This document shows, one piece after another, positions 61,650 to 64,000 of a stretch of DNA of 64,000 nt; positions within the stretch are counted from its first letter, which is position 1, and every line of letters begins with the position of its first letter. Source of the stretch: Octopus sinensis (Eukaryota); the NCBI RefSeq assembly GCF_006345805.1, contig NC_043006.1, positions 2,170,001 to 2,234,000 on the forward strand, written 5' to 3'. A model generated the notes under the pieces. It was not told the DNA's origin and did not search any database. It saw nothing but the letters and a program-made list of their open reading frames with translations. The translations under genes and the position numbers were made by a program.

Positions 61650-61965
61650 ACCTGTCCCACCCACCATATTCGCCGGACATTGCCCCATCTGACTAAAATT
61701 TATTCTGCAGTCTTCAAAATCATTTGAACAGAAAAAATATGAATTCTGTAGATGAGGTCAGAACAGTACTGGAGGAGTATTTTTCGTCATGGACAAGTGA
61801 ATTTTGGAAGAGGGACCTTGCAAGTCTACCAGATAAATGGAAGAGCATTGTAGAAAATGAAGGAGAGTATATTTTGGATTAAAAGAAAAGAACTTTGTTT
61901 ACTTTAATTTTGAGAAATAAAAGAAGTATAAAAAACCCCACATTATTTATGGGATGACCCAAAAT
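61650..61965 (+). mobile_element. mariner transposon 3' relic
   Basis: HPPYSPDIAPSD..SLQNHL..F..EFWKR..LPDKWKSIVENEGEYILD*, then 3' end ttatgggatgaccc. Confidence 0.88.
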
Positions 61966-62805
61966 ATACACAAACATGCATACATATGCTGGGAGGTGGG
62001 GGGGTATGTTGTGGAAGAGTGGTAATCAGGCTGTGAGGGAGAAGAAGTGGAGAGAGAGTACACAAGGAGAGGTAAATAGAAACGTGGTATTTGCTTAGGT
62101 GGATACTGAAGAAAATGGAGGCGAAAGAGGAAGAAAAACGAAGACAGTGGCAGAAGAGGAAGATGAAAAAATGAGAAAGAAGAAGAGAAACTGTTATTAT
62201 TATTCCTTAGATTCTCACCACACCCCCACCCTATCTAAGTCATCTACGATCAAGCAGACCTGTAATCAAAGGCATTCCAGCCATGACCATCCTGTCTTGT
62301 TCACTAGGAATAGTACAGTGCATCTATGATCTTTTTAACTAATGAGTTTTTGTTTTGTTCTGTTTAGTGTTTTTAAAGACAGTCGGGTGTAACAGAAAGG
62401 GAACTTGGCTGCTGTTTCTAGCCAGTTTGAGTTACCACTTTGAAGCTCTGTTATTTGACTCAGAGACAAGCAGGAGGAGAAGACAAAAGAGGAGGAGGAG
62501 GAGAAAGGGGAGGAAGTGTAAGTATAAAAAGTTGCAGTGAAAGATAATAGCTTTAAAAGCCATTAATAAGGGCAACACACAAGTGAAAACATATGGCTGT
62601 CCCTAGAATTCTCAGTCAACCAACTGAAAAAAAACTTCCATGTAAATTATTCTAAGTCACTGTTTTACATTTTTTAGTGCGATTCTGCTCTGTAGGAAGG
62701 GTCACTGAAGCTTACTGCATATTGACTTAGCTGGTTTTTACCTCTTCTTTTCTTTTTCTTTTACGCATACATACATATACACATATGTGTGTGTGTGTGT
62801 GTATG

Positions 62806-62884
<79 letters not shown>

Positions 62885-63449
62885 TTATATGTATGTATGT
62901 ATGTATTGACTTAGAATCACTGCAGTCATGAAGGTCCCTTGAGAGATGGCATGTAATAGGGAAAAAAAATAATAAATAAAATAAAATAAAAATCGAAAAA
63001 AAAAAAGGGGGTCGGCAGAGCAGAAGAAGAGATTGGCGCTTATAACAAGACTAACTAAAATAGCATAAGACAAAAACATAAAAGAATAAAATGAAAATAA
63101 ATATGCAATCAAAGAATAAATCAAAATGGTTTTATAAGGAATCCGTAGTCATCGCAATTAGCAAATTTATACTCTTTCTGGATTTACTTTTATCCATTTT
63201 TTGGAAAAATTTTCTTTTAAATATTTAAAAATATTTATCTTCTTTCTTTCTCCCACCTTCCCTCACTCCCACCCTCTGTCTGTCTGTCTGTCGGTCCCTC
63301 TAACTATGTTAGTCTTTCTCTCTCTCTCTTTCTCTCTTCACCCCCACCACCTTCCCTTTCACTAAACTGTTTCTGCTTTCCACCCAGGGTTTGTTTGGTA
63401 TGATGAAGTAATGGGAAAGAAATGATAGAAATCTTTCGGGGGGGGGTTT

Positions 63450-63496
<47 letters not shown>

Positions 63497-63589
63497 CTTC
63501 TTTCCTTCCCTCTCATTCTCCCTTTTTTCTCTTTTTATGTCTCATTTTCTTCTCTGTTTGTCTATCTGATTTCTCTGTGTGTATGCCGT

Positions 63590-63596
63590 TTATGTG

Positions 63597-63649
<53 letters not shown>

Positions 63650-63751
63650 TTGATGATGATGATGATGATGATGATATTGATAGATAGATAGACTGATAGA
63701 TATAAATAGATAGACATAGATATATAAACACATATGTGTGTGTATGTGTGC

Positions 63752-63850
<99 letters not shown>

Positions 63851-63900
63851 TACATACGCACACGCACACACACTCTCTCTCTCTCTCACACACACACACA
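63590..63900. repeat. (TA)n/(TG)n/(GAT)n compound microsatellite
   Basis: Direct reading. Confidence 0.95.
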
Positions 63901-64000
63901 AATGTATCTGAACTTCCGGCATGTAGATCACATTGATCTATGTTAAATACATTTCAATAAAGATTTCTCTCCAAAGACACACCAACGCCACCCTTTCCGT

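Overview
This is AT-rich eukaryotic DNA dominated by microsatellites and transposon relics. The SINE families and repeat landscape point to an octopus (coleoid cephalopod) genome; that is an inference from sequence style. Almost every entry in the ORF track is a translated microsatellite. Real protein-coding signal comes mostly from mobile elements: a stop-free 3' part of a Penelope-like element (RT thumb + GIY-YIG, Neptune-like, 6787-7817); RTE-clade LINE pieces (largest 59815-61648); CR1-type LINE ends; two families of restriction-like-endonuclease (R4/Dong-like) LINEs; Tc1/mariner relics; piggyBac-, hAT- and pogo-like MITEs; and at least four tRNA-headed SINE families. I also find seven minus-strand candidate exons (26409 to 184) that splice in compatible phases into a ~137-aa partial protein with TPR-like helices. 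The host gene is unidentified and unconfirmed. The most interesting observations are: (1) two short TA-embedded elements with a minimal type-I hammerhead-ribozyme fold and a shared non-canonical CUGUUGA core; (2) a Pol II promoter-like block with a putative intron downstream of the Penelope ORF; (3) a SINE whose 3' end matches a neighbouring CR1 LINE, with a compensatory stem; (4) a PHD finger inside the RTE reverse transcriptase; (5) apparent microsatellite targeting by the RLE LINEs; (6) several hairpins and inverted-repeat pairs. Family labels A, B, C, H are my own working names. Boundaries of degraded repeats are approximate (about 10-30 bp).
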